Shown here in pieces: positions 1-11,122 of a stretch of 64,000 nucleotides of DNA; the stretch's first letter is position 1, and every line of letters starts with the position of its first letter. Source of the DNA: Macrostomum hystrix (taxonomy: Eukaryota > Animalia > Platyhelminthes); NCBI GenBank assembly GCA_950097015.1, contig CATNEN010000032.1, positions 1,178,001-1,242,000 on the forward strand, written 5' to 3'. The position numbers and the translations under genes are program-made. The notes under the pieces are model-generated. The model searched no databases, was not told the DNA's origin, and saw nothing but the letters and a program-made list of their open reading frames with translations.

Positions 1-719
1 TTTTGTTTAATTTGGATTAGGTAAAGTTTAGGTAAGTGGCTACCATTTTGACAGTCTATTGAATGGAGGCTGTTTATGGGTTATATTTCCTACATCTATA
101 TCTTGTAATGTCTTTCTAAAATAGTTTCTATGTTTGCACTTGATGTCAGAAGTTCAACGCTCACTGTTGAGCTTCGCCATTGTTTTGTATTGTTTTATTT
201 GAGTTTGCTGTTTGAGTAAATCAGGCTGTCGAATTTTGTGTGCCATCGCAATGTGTGCTAACACATAATTGTTATGAATTATTGTAAGTCGCTTTTAAAA
301 AGCGTATCTATCATTTCCTATGCATACTTCCCAGTGAGAGCGAATCGCATTGCATTATTACAGAAAAATTTACTAATCACCTTATACTTTCAAATAAAAA
401 AGAATTAAACACGTATTTTGTCGTGTTTTTTCCCTCAAAAACTAGATTTCTTATTTTTTACCTATTCTGCATCTGTTTTTCCGTACCTCCTGTGCGCCGT
501 ATTTCAGTCTGACCGGATTGGTTGTTTAAACAAAACTATAAATAATATCGCTTTCTTATTTTCTTTCTTCGATCTGCGCCTAGCGTTTGATCACGCGTGT
601 ATTCTAACTACCGTTTCCTGTGCCATATTCTATCCCCTCTACTATTGCGTAATTATTATATGCGTCTTGTGTAATCTGAAGCTTTCCGATTGGCTACTAT
701 CATAGTGTTCAGTATTGCG

Positions 720-1467
720 ACCCTACAAACCCTGTGTTACCAACCCTACGAACCCTGTATTACCAACCCTACGAACCCTGTATTACCAACCCTACGAACC
801 CTGTATTACCAACCCTACGAACCCTGTATTACCAACCCTACGAACCCTGTATTACCAACCCTACGAACCCTGTGTTACCAACCCTACAAACCCTGTATTA
901 CCAACCCTACGAACCCTATATTACCAACCCTACAAACCCTGTATTACCAACCCTACGAACCCTGTATTGCCAACCCTATACGAACCCTGTATTACCAACC
1001 CTACGAACCCTGTGTTACTAACCCTACAAACCCTGTATTACCAACCCTACGAACCCTGTGTTACCAACCCTACAAACCCTGTATTACCAACCCTACAAAC
1101 CCTGTGTTACCAACCCTGTACAAACCCTGTATTACCAACCCTACGAACCCTGTGTTACCAACCCTGTACAAACCCTGTATTACCAACCCTACGAACCCTG
1201 TGTTACCAACCCTACAAACCCTGTGTTACCAACCCTACGAACCCTGTGTTACCAACCCTACAAACCCTGTGTTACCAACCCTGTACAAACCCTGTATTAC
1301 CAACCCTACGAACCCTGTGTTACCAACCCTACAAACCCTGTATTACCAACCCTACAAACCCTGTGTTACCAACCCTACGAACCCTGTGTTACCAACCCTA
1401 CAAACCCTGTATTACCAAACCCTGTACAAACCCTGTATTACCAACCCTGTACAAACCCTGTATTACC
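720..1467. repeat. 23-bp minisatellite (ACCAACCCTACGAACCCTGTATT), about 30 copies
   Basis: Tandem unit read directly; accounts for the repetitive ORFs 690-1614. Boundaries approximate. Confidence 0.95.
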
Positions 1468-2060
1468 TATTCCTCTATTCACTACACAATTAGTACATTC
1501 GGTCCCGCTGTTTATGGCCTAACTTTACCAGATCGCTTTCAATTTACTGTTTTTGTATACCAACCCTGGTCATCAAAAGATTGGAGTCCGTCTCAGACTC
1601 GATGCGGTAGTTAAGTGTAGTAACAATAAACAACAGATTTTATTATTTTCAATTATTCGGTGATTCACCTGCTGCTGAATATTATTACATCATTTTCTCG
1701 GTTCGAACTCGGTTTCTGCTTTTATCTGTCATCTTCAAGAATTATAGAAACAAAATAAAAGTCTAATTATAAAAAACATGCTCTCTATTCAGTTTTGTTA
1801 TTCCGGATCGGAAACGAATTTATTCTCCTGGTATTTCTTTCACTAGCTCTGAAATCACGCTTTGATAAAAATTGAAATCATACGAAGACTGTTTGGACAT
1901 TTCGCGTACAAACTTACAACATTTAGACAACGAACCAATGCAAAAAGTTTAGCAATCTAACGTCTCAATGTAATAATTCTTGGACTCTGGCTCGCTGTTG
2001 TGGAACGACGGTTCGACGTCCCGTCATTATCCGGTCCAAGAAACACTGGTTGTCTTGATA

Positions 2061-2183
2061 GGTGGAGCGGTTAACGGCGTTTGCCTCTCGCACCAAGGTC
2101 CCTGAGCTCGATTCCGCGGCGAGGCCACATTCATTTGGGGCGCAGCCGCGGAGAGAAGGCTTGGGGGCTTGTCGTGTGATTTA
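2061..2183 (+). mobile_element. tRNA-derived SINE-like element, copy 1, 5' part (interrupted by the Harbinger element; 3' part at about 4037-4140)
   Basis: A-box-like GGAGCGGTTAACGGCG and B-box-like GAGCTCGATTCC, then AAGGCTTGGGGGCTTGTCGTG. Same sequence recurs at about 10925-11122 (-) and 26933-27114 (+). Confidence 0.7.
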
Positions 2184-2378
2184 AGGCTAGTTCACAATGC
2201 TTGCAGTTGGCAGTCCACCCGAAATGTGCATTGTGAATAAGTCAGTCGCTGACGCACTTTCATCTTGCAATGCTCATCAGTTGCGTTGTTCACAATGAGC
2301 AATTGATAAGTTGTGCACTCAGTTTTGCTAATAAACCGCATGCAGTTGAAATTAGAGCATGCTCTATCTTTGACAGCA

Positions 2379-2923
2379 ATGGCCAACTGCCCGGACAGAG
2401 ATTTCGAGGAAGCGCTCATTAAGGCGGTTCGCAACTACCCGCACCTGCACGACATCAGCCGCAAGGATTATTGCGACAGAAACAAGAAAGAAAACTCTTG
2501 GGACGAAATTGCCTGCCAGTTGAATTCTGCCAAGGAGACCGTCAAGCAGAAGTGGAAACTGGTCCGGGACAGCCACGTACAGTGCAGGGCCGCGAAGAGC
2601 GACGCCTGCAAAAGAGCGGAGGCGGTGGGTCACTGCCAGGCAAGAAGTATGTCCACCTCGAGCAGCTGCAGTTCCTGAAGGATGTGCAGAAGCGGAAGCG
2701 GCCGTCTTGCACAAACCTGGTGAACGGTGGAGCCGGGGCAGCCTCGTCAGCGGGCCTGCAACTGTCTGATGCAACAGCAAGTGCTGCCGCGGCTGCTTCC
2801 GTTAAGGAACCAGAGCCGGCGCCGCCAAGTCCAACAGCCGAGTCCTGCAGTGCCGGGAATTCCGGATTCCTGGAGCAGCTGGCCCCGGAGACCAAGATCA
2901 TACTGCCAACTGCCTTCGGGTGA
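2379..2923 (+). pseudogene. Harbinger MADF/Myb-like DNA-binding protein, frameshifted
   Basis: EALIKAVRNYPHLHDISRKDYCDRNKKENSWDEIA...KQKWKLVRDS is MADF-like. The expected continuation (SGGGGSLPGKKYVHLEQLQFLKD) is in another frame after about 2585. Confidence 0.8.
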
Positions 2924-3216
2924 GCTGCAGCTGCAGTGCATCTTGAAGTCAGTGAAATGCAGCAGCAGCGGCAACGAGACCTGGATGATATTGTGTCAAG
3001 TCGACTTTTAAAAAACTATACGCGTTCCCCTTGGACTTTTAACAAATCAAAGGACTCACATTCAAGTGCGGTTTACTTTTCTGGACGCAATCGAGCGCAT
3101 CAGTTGTCTTTGGGAGCTAGAAATGTATTTTCAATTGATCAATAAGTCAACTGCGACCTGCGTCCGCGCTGGACGAATCCAGTCTGCCACGGAACTTGCC
3201 CCGCCAATACAAAAAA

Positions 3217-3958
3217 TCACGCAATGTGGATCAAGTTATGCCTTCCGCTGCAGCTTCCTCTCGCCTCATCAAGTCTACAAGTCTCCAGGCAGCAGATTTC
3301 CCTCAGCATCTTCGCTGTCAGCATACAAAGGCAGGCGGTACTGCATGTTCGGCGGGGCCTGCACGTCCGTCTTCTTGAGGAAATTGTGCAGGACGCAAGC
3401 ACATTTCACTGTAGCAATGAATGGCCGTCTCAGGATTCTCCACCTGGATGCCAGGATCCCGAAGGCATTTTCCACAACGCGTCTTGCACGTGGCAGTCTG
3501 TAGGTTAAAACGAGCTCCTCCAATGTGTTATTTCGACCAGGAAAATGCCTCATCAGGTACGTTCGAAGTGGAAAAGAAAGAACTTCTTGAAGTTGAAAAA
3601 GTCAGATCCGCTGTTGCTCGGACACTGGATGGCCCCGTGCTCCCCATCAATGGCACTGCAGCAGTTCGGGAAATTGCACTGCCTCCAGAAGTCCTCAGCA
3701 ATAAATCCCCAGTCGACTTGTGTAGGCTGCTTCAAATACTTCGGTGCGAGACTTTCCCACATGGCGACGCAAGTCTCCGTGACAATGTTGGCGAGAGATG
3801 GTGGCCAGAATGGTCTCAAACCGAGAGGGCGTCATCCGAAACATGAAGACGTTCTGGGTCTCCTTGGGCTGCTTCCATGACCTAGCTATACCAAGCGAAA
3901 TTCTCCTCTTCTTTCGCGTCTGGTAAAAGCTGGTCGCACCCACCAGCGGCGATGGCAC
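3217..3958 (-). pseudogene. Harbinger DDE (DDE_Tnp_4-like) transposase, fragmented and internally deleted
   Basis: Motifs FRMT..RFE, FPNCCSAIDGEH (first D), PDEAF (second D) and RARRVVENAFGILASRWRIL (E), CVLHNFL lie in different frames. The segment between FFNFKKFF and PDEAF appears to be missing. Confidence 0.85.
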
Positions 3959-4036
3959 CTTTCTTTCAGCCTCAGCAGCGCCAGACTGCCCGACGGCAAC
4001 TGCAAACTTCTAACTGAATACATTGTGAACTACCCT

Positions 4037-4140
4037 TTACGCCCAATTGAGGACCAACCTCCAAGGCACAGTTAAGTGTATACAATGCTTGGCAATGCAA
4101 AAGTCAGGGCAGATGTACGCACCTGTGTGAGCGAGTGCCT
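4037..4140 (+). mobile_element. tRNA-derived SINE-like element, copy 1, 3' part
   Basis: TTACGCCC...GAGGACCAACCTCCAAGGCAC...AAAGTCAGGGCAGATGTACGCACCTGTGTGAGCGAGTGCC matches the 3' parts of the other two copies. Confidence 0.65.
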
Positions 4141-6125
4141 GAGTACAGTGTGCTCAGGAGTCAGCGAAATGGGCAGAATTGCCTCCTCGCTGCTGGCTGC
4201 GGGTCAAGAGTCACCAATGATGTGCCATTGCCCGGTGCACTCCTGCAAATATTATTATTTATCATTATTAAATTCAAGGTCAAGAGAAGAGGAAGTAAGT
4301 CGTAAATACACTATGGAGGGCGCTGAGTTATCTCTCTGATCTTCAGCCGCGAGCGACGCAACTCACTCCAGGCATCGGAGACTTAAAAAGTGGTGACGGG
4401 AGAATGCTTTGCGCCAGGAGACTTGGGGGCTGTCGAATATCAGGCAATCGACTTGTTTTATAACAAAAAGTGGTGTTCATCAGTGCTTTTATATCATTTT
4501 AGGTTTTGAAGTCAGTCAGAAGTAAGCTTGCCACCTTCGACCTTTTGGTGCTATACTTTTGGCTGTTGCTTAGTAAGTTATAGTAAAACGAAAACACACG
4601 GCTGTTGTTATAACTAAAAATATATGATGTAATTGGGGTGAAAAATTATATACACATGTGCATTGCTTATACATTATTATAGTTGTTTTCTAGCTCTGTC
4701 CATGGCAATATAGTCATATTGTAGTTAAGCTTGGTGCACTTGACAATTTCAGGCAAGAATCGGCAATAGTCAGGATCCGCAGGACGAGGTTCGTGTGATC
4801 CTTCTTATTAAGTACAAGTGTAACAATTTTTTTTCTTAAAGATTATGAATTACGAAAATACCGTATATTTGCGTATATATACATATAACGTATATTTGCA
4901 GAAAAGCGTTTAATACAGTACGCATTTAAACAAAATTATTCTAGCACTTTGTTTGAAATTAAAAAGTATGCTTTTCAATATTACCAAGTATTATTATAAA
5001 ATGGTTTAGCTTTGAATAATTCTAAAAGCGTCGGTGCGTAAATAAAAATAATAAGAGGGATCTGAGCTTCAAATTCCCAATCCCTGAAGCAGTGTCGGTC
5101 AGCCGAACTTTTGGTTTTAAGTAGTTTTTTTGTGCACACCAGTACAGGTTCAAGACTATACTGCCGCTAAGCAGGCGCGCTGCATCCATCTTTTAACTTA
5201 ATTGATCTTTAAGTTATCGAAACATGTTCGGTGATCCATACGGTGAATTTGAGCAAGATCCATTTTTTTACTCTGGGTAAGTTTTAATTAAACTTTTTAA
5301 AACACTAAATTTTATAATTATTTAGTATGGTATTTTTTTTATTTTTTTATGAGAGTAGTAACGTGTAGTCCTAAAATATAAATTTTGTCAAAATCAGTAT
5401 TTAAAGTACTAAATTTTGAGCCTATAAAACCATTCAAATGCTTATCTTTTGTGTGAATTTATTCCTCACAAAAACATACACACCTTGATATGTTAATTTT
5501 TTTTCCTCTAGAAAGGCCAAATATTAAGTTTGTCAGTTTTCCAGTCAAATTTGTTATAATAACTTATCACATGCAGGGTTCAGATCATTCTCTGATTTTA
5601 AGAACAGTTCAAATTATTTGTTCTAATCACACAGACATTAATTAATAAATATTTTTTCGGCAGCGCCTGAATGATAACAGCGTTGGGTGGTGACTGATGG
5701 CTCATAGACTAGGCGATGGTGTCCTGTTGTTGAGCTGCGCCTAATATTTTTGCTCGATCAGTGAAATTGGAGAAATTCGCGTCAAGTTGTCCATAGTAAC
5801 CTATTTCCACCTTTTGTAGCCCTTAAGGTCCAGCAGTGCGTCTAGATAAAGGTAGGTGAGTCAGGTGACCACCAAAGACGGAGATGATCGGGTGACATGC
5901 TGATACATTTTGTAGGCCTGGCAATACATTCTGAGGCGCAGTGCTAATTCGTGTATAGGGGTGTACGAAATACACTAGCGCTTATGGGAAAAATCCGACC
6001 TTCAGCCAGAATAATTGAATATCTCGACGATCTGAAGAGCTGGCGACTTGATTCTTGTTTCAGAAGATGCGCAACATATTTGTTTTCAAGTTTTCATGTA
6101 AATCGATCGCGGCCTTCATTTTAAG

Positions 6126-7763
6126 TGTGGCCGCCATTCCGTTTGGATCGCATCGGCAGCATCGAGCTCGCTCCGTGCCCGGCCACCCGGATGTCTACCA
6201 GCACCAGCACCAGCTCCAGCACCAGCGCAGGCACCAGCAGAGCCGGCAGGATCGTCGACAGCCTGGCAACAGCGGATCAGCCGGCGACGCTCTGGTGCCC
6301 ATCAGCCGCAACGGAAGCAGCGTTTTGCCCGGCTTCACGTTCGGCACTCCGCAGTTTGACAGGCTGTTCGAAAGCGTCCAGCGCATGATGTCGGAGGCCG
6401 GCAGTCGCATGCTGGCCGCCCAGGAGGCGTCCAAGCGGCCTGACTTTGACGGCCAGATCTACAGCCACTCGTCTGTGTACGCCTATCGCAGTGACGGCTC
6501 CGGAGATCCGCAAGTTTATCAGGTTCGTGTTAGAGTTGCTTCTAATCTAAGCTTGAGATAATTCTTTGATCTGTTTGACTCGACTATTTCACCTGTCGCC
6601 TAGCCTGACATGCTTCTTTTATATCCTCGGATAGGCTCCTTTTTCGGTTTCTTTGATTAGAGCCGCCGCTCCCTCTTCGGCTCCTTTGATCAGAGCCGCC
6701 ATGCACTCACTCTTCGGCTCCTTTGATCAGAGCCGCCACTCACTCTTCGGCTTCTTTGATCAGAGCCCCATACACTCACTCTTCGGCTCCTTTGATCAGA
6801 GCCGCCACTCCCTCTTTGGCTCCTTTGATCAGAGCCGCCACTCACTCTTCGGCTTCTTTGATCAGAGCCCCATACACTCACTCTTCGGCTCCTTTGATCA
6901 GAGCCCCATACACTCACTCTTCGGCTCCTTTGATCAGAGCCGCCACTCCCTCTTCGGCTCCTTTGATCAGAGCCGCCACTCGCTCTTTGGCTCCTTTGAT
7001 TAGAACCGCCACCCCCTCTTCAGCTCCTTTGATCAGACCCGCCACTCCGTGCATGAATGCTTTGATCAGGCCGCCACATACTGATCCTCCGAAGACAGGA
7101 GCCTCAGTGAATATCTCGAATCTCCCGCACCCCCTGCCAGGCAGTGTCAGAGAGCCGCGCCGGGCCAGGCGGAGTGCGCGAAACGCGGAAAGCCCTGAAG
7201 GACAGCCGCAGTCGCGAAGAGCGCGTCGCTGTTGGTCATCACATTGGCGGTCGGGGACACACTGTGGAACGGCGGCGAAATACTGGCAACGGGGAGCAGC
7301 AGGAGGACCACCAGTACGAGGGCATTGACGAGAGTGAGTGCGCCAGTTTTTAGTCATCTGCTGCTCATTTTATTTATATTGAATTCTCCTGTGGCATGCC
7401 CCACGCGATCATACACACCTGTATCAGAGTCAGACACACCTGTATCACAGTCAGACACACCTGTATCACACTCAGACTATTACCCAGTCTCAGTCACCTG
7501 TATTACAAATGTCGAAATCTGACGTCCCTGACAGATGAGTGTACCTTTTATTGCCCTTGTTACCATGCAATATTTGGTGCATGGGCGCTCACATTTGTAA
7601 AGGCTGATATGGCATTGTTCTCTCCAAAGGTGAAGGCAATCAGTTTGACCGCGAATGGGACGCTCGAGCAGCGCGAATCTCGTTCAACAGCGGCGGCGGC
7701 GGTCGCAGCGGCCTTGGCGGACGCCCGAGGCAGCAGCGGGCCATAACAGATGGGCGTCACTGA
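6126..7763 (+). CDS. mlf: Myeloid leukemia factor family protein; exons 6126-6522, 7141-7333, 7630-7763; first coding exon not identified
   Basis: Spliced product PFGSHRQH...SHSSVYAYRSDGSGDPQVYQ|AVSESRAGPGGVRETRKALKDSRSREERVAVGHHIGGRGHTVERRRN...GIDES|EGNQFDREW matches MLF1/MLF2 motifs. GT-AG introns with consistent phases (0, 1). The 5' boundary at 6126 is a presumed acceptor. Confidence 0.88.
6650..7070. repeat. 33-bp minisatellite (TTTGATCAGAGCCGCCACTCACTCTTCGGCTCC-like) in the MLF intron
   Basis: Tandem units with small length variants, inside intron 6523-7140. Confidence 0.9.
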
Positions 7764-8217
7764 ACTGTCTGCTGCTGCTGCTGCTGCTGTTGCTGCTGCA
7801 GCGGCTTTTGCCCATAAACTGATTTTTCAGAGTACGAGTATTACAGTTTTTTGTTCTTTTTCGTCAAAACTGTACTGTAGCTTTCTGTGTGAAAAATGAT
7901 GAAGCATAAAATAGCTTTTTCGTATGCATTCGCTTTTTACAGCTAAGCTTAGCTGCCGTTCTAGTCGTGTGTGAGCATGCAATATTTGAAACCCACTTGC
8001 AGTGCTAATGTTCTCAAGCTAATTCAGTTGGAATTCATTGACCGAGCAAAAATAGAGCAACGATAAACAAAATTAAGTAGCCAGAAAGCTTTCAATTTCA
8101 TTTTTTGCTTTTCAAAATCAAAACTCCTACAGTAAGAGGGTTTTTATTTATCGAAAGACTTGAAAATGAGTTGTTTTTGTTCACAGGCATTTTCGAACTT
8201 ATTATAATTTCCCGACC

Positions 8218-10220
8218 TCCATTCTTCAGCAAAACGCTTTCCCACCATTCTTCAGCGAGTCCCTTGCCCAACCTCCATTCTTCAGCGAGTCCCTTGCCCA
8301 ACCTCCATTCTTCAGCGAGTCCCTTGCCCAACCTCCATTCTTCAGCGAGTCCCTTGCCCAGCCTCCATTCTTCAGCGAGTCCCTTGCCCAGCCTCCATTC
8401 TTCAGCGAGTCCCTTGCCCAACCTCCATTCTTCAGCGAGTCCCTTGCCCAGCCTCCATTCTTCAGCGAGTCCCTTGCCCAGCCTCCATTCTTCAGCGAGT
8501 CCCTTGCCCAGCCTCCATTCTTCAGCGAGTCCCTTGCCCAGCCTCCATTCTTCAGCGAGTCCCTTGCCCAGCCTCCATTCTTCAGCGAGTCCCTTGCCCA
8601 GCCTCCATTCTTCAGCGAGTCCCTTGCCCAACCTCCATTCTTCAGCGAGTCCCTTGCCCAGCCTCCATTCTTCAGCGAGTCCCTTGCCCAGCCTCCATTC
8701 TTCAGCGAGTCCCTTGCCCAGCCTCCATTCTTCAGCGAGTCCCTTGCCCAACCTCCATTCTTCAGTGAGTCGCTTTCCCAACCTCCATTCTTCAGCGAGT
8801 CCCTTGCCCAACCTCCATTCTTCAGCGAGTCCCTTGCCCAACCTCCATTCTTCAGCGAGTCCCTTGCCCAGCCTCCATTCTTCAGCGAGTCCCTTGCCCA
8901 GCCTCCATTCTTCAGCGAGTCCCTTGCCCAGCCTCCATTCTTCAGCGAGTCCCTTGCCCAGCCTCCATTCTTCAGCGAGTCCCTTGCCCAGCCTCCATTC
9001 TTCAGCGAGTCCCTTGCACAGCCTCCATTCTTCAGCGAGTCCATTGCCCAACCTCCATTCTTCAGCGAGTCCATTGCCCAACCTCCATTCTTCAGCGAGT
9101 CCATTGCCCAACCTCCATTCTTCAGCGAGTCCATTGCCCAACCTCCATTCTTCAGCGAGTCCATTGCCCAACCTCCATTCTTCAGCGAGTCCCTTGCCCA
9201 ACCTCCATTCTTCAGCGAGTCCCTTGCCCAACCTCCATTCTTCAGCGAGTCCCTTGCCCAGCCTCCATTCTTCAGCGAGTCCCTTGCCCAGCCTCCATTC
9301 TTCAGCGAGTCCCTTGCCCAGCCTCCATTCTTCAGCGAGTCCCTTGCCCAACCTCCATTCTTCAGCGAGTCCCTTGCCCAACCTCCATTCTTCAGCGAGT
9401 CCCTTGCCCAACCTCCATTCTTCAGCGAGTCCCTTGCCCAACCTCCATTCTTCAGCGAGTCCCTTGCCCAACCTCCATTCTTCAGCGAGTCGCTTTCCCA
9501 GCCTCCATTCTTCAGCGAGTCCCTTGCCCAACCTCCATTCTTCGGCGAGTCGCTTTCCCAGCCTCCATTCTTCAGTGAGTCGCTTTCCCAACCTCCATTC
9601 TTCGGCGAGTCGCTTTCCCAGCCTCCATTCTTCAGTGAGTCGCTTTCCCAACCTCCATTCTTCAGCGAGTCCCTTGCCCAACCTCCATTCTTCAGCGAGT
9701 CGCTTTCCCAACCTCCATTCTTCAGCGAGTCGCTTTCCCAGCCTCCATTCTTCAGCGAGTCGCTTTCCCAGCCTCCATTCTTCAGCGAGTCGGTTTCCAA
9801 ACCTCCATTCTTCAGCGAGTCGGTTTCCAAACCTCCATTCTTCAGCGAGTCGGTTTCCAAACCTCCATTCTTCAGCGAGTCGGTTTCCAAACCTCCATTC
9901 TTCAGCGAGTCGGTTTCCAAACCTCCATTCTTCAGCGAGTCGGTTTCCAAACCTCCATTCTTCAGCGAGTCGGTTTCCAAACCTCCATTCTTCAGCGAGT
10001 CGGTTTCCAAACCTCCATTCTTCAGCGAGTCGGTTTCCAAACCTCCATTCTTCAGCGAGTCGGTTTCCCAAGCTTTCCCAAGTCGTTTTTCTAGCCTCCA
10101 TTCTTCAGCGAGTCGGTTTCCAAACCTCCATTCTTCAGCGAGTCGGTTTCCAAACCTCCATTCTTCAGCGAGTCGCTTTCCCAGCCTCCATTCTTCAGCG
10201 AGTCGGTTTCCAAACCTTCA
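8218..10220. repeat. 30-bp minisatellite (CTCCATTCTTCAGCGAGTCCCTTGCCCAAC), about 65 copies
   Basis: Tandem array; source of the 604-719 aa repetitive ORFs. Confidence 0.97.
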
Positions 10221-10924
10221 TTTTTCTCTTAGTTGGTCCAATTGCTGGGCCAACCGACTACTAGCATTCTAAACAGATCGCTTTGCCAAGAAAGTATTGT
10301 CCAATAGCCTTGAAAATCCATTCAACAAAACGGTTCGCTCAGTGAGGTGTTTCGGTCGTGTCCTTAACTCGGCATAGCTCCCAAATTTGGAAGGCTGGCT
10401 CCCATCACAACAGCAGAAACGCATGGATCGATGTCTGTCTGGCCAACTGCATGCAGTGCAGTGCTGCTGCAGCGAAGACTGCAGAAAGCCAGAGAGCCAG
10501 TGGAGGGGAATTTACCGTACAGTGCTTGTCCTGGAATGCTTGCCGCTCTCTCTGCACGCCTTTTGCTGGTTGCTAGGTGCGCACTCACATGCTGGTACCT
10601 TCTCCCTACCACACTCTTCCTAAAATTATTCGCCCTGCACATATCCTTGTGCTGGGTGGGCAGCAATCAGATCCGATCCTTAATTCGGATTATCGGAACA
10701 GATTCCCTTCCATCTTCCAGCTTCTGCGTGTAATGCTGGATAACCCAGTGGCAATTTGCGTTTTCTGCGCCTGCAACATTTAATTCGAGAAGTTGAAAAG
10801 TAAGAAACCGTATAATAATAATAATAACAATAAATAATAATTGCAGGGGATGTGGACACTGGGGCATCATTGATATTGGACCCGCAGTGAGGAGGCAATT
10901 CTGCCCATTTCGAGTAGGACTCTG

Positions 10925-11122
10925 AGTGCCCTGACTTTCTTATCGCCAGGTAGGTAGTGCCTTGTAGGTTGGCCCTCAACGGCGTGAATTACATGACAAG
11001 CCCCCAAGCCTTCTCTCCGCAGCTGCGCCCCAAATGAATGTGGCCTCGCCGCAGAATCGAGCTCGAGGAGCTTGGCGTAAGAAGCAAGCGCGTTAACAGC
11101 TCTGTTACTCACCCCCAGTCAG
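10925..11122 (-). mobile_element. tRNA-derived SINE-like element, copy 2
   Basis: Reverse complement aligns with 2061-2183 joined to 4037-4120 (GAGCTCGATTCTGCGGCGAGGCCACATTCATTTGGGGGCGCAGCTGCGGAGAGAAGGCTTGGGGGCTTGTC). Confidence 0.75.

Larger units (their letters stand above)
2184..4036. mobile_element. PIF/Harbinger DNA transposon (degenerate, about 1.85 kb)
   Basis: TIRs AGGCTAGTTCACAATG (2184-2199) and CATTGTGAACTACCCT (4021-4036), one mismatch. TTA duplication at 2181-2183 and 4037-4039. Convergent MADF and DDE transposase remnants inside. Confidence 0.9.

Noticed and set aside
690-1614. Cys/Pro-rich repetitive ORFs (PCITNPTNPVLPTL)
   Set aside because: Translations of the 23-bp array; the unit is not a multiple of 3 and the same peptide cycles through all frames.
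1981-2030. tRNA-like fragment (GACTCTG...GACGGTTCGACGTCCCGTC)
   Set aside because: Only a T-loop-like hairpin; I could not fold a cloverleaf.
6055-6125. ORF-track N-terminus MFQKMRNIFVFKF as the MLF start or a signal peptide
   Set aside because: AT-rich, intron-like sequence ending in TTTTAAG; MLF similarity starts after it.
10358-10870. Overlapping 67-100 aa ORFs in moderately GC-rich DNA
   Set aside because: No recognisable motif and no phase-consistent splice model; a degraded exon or element cannot be excluded.
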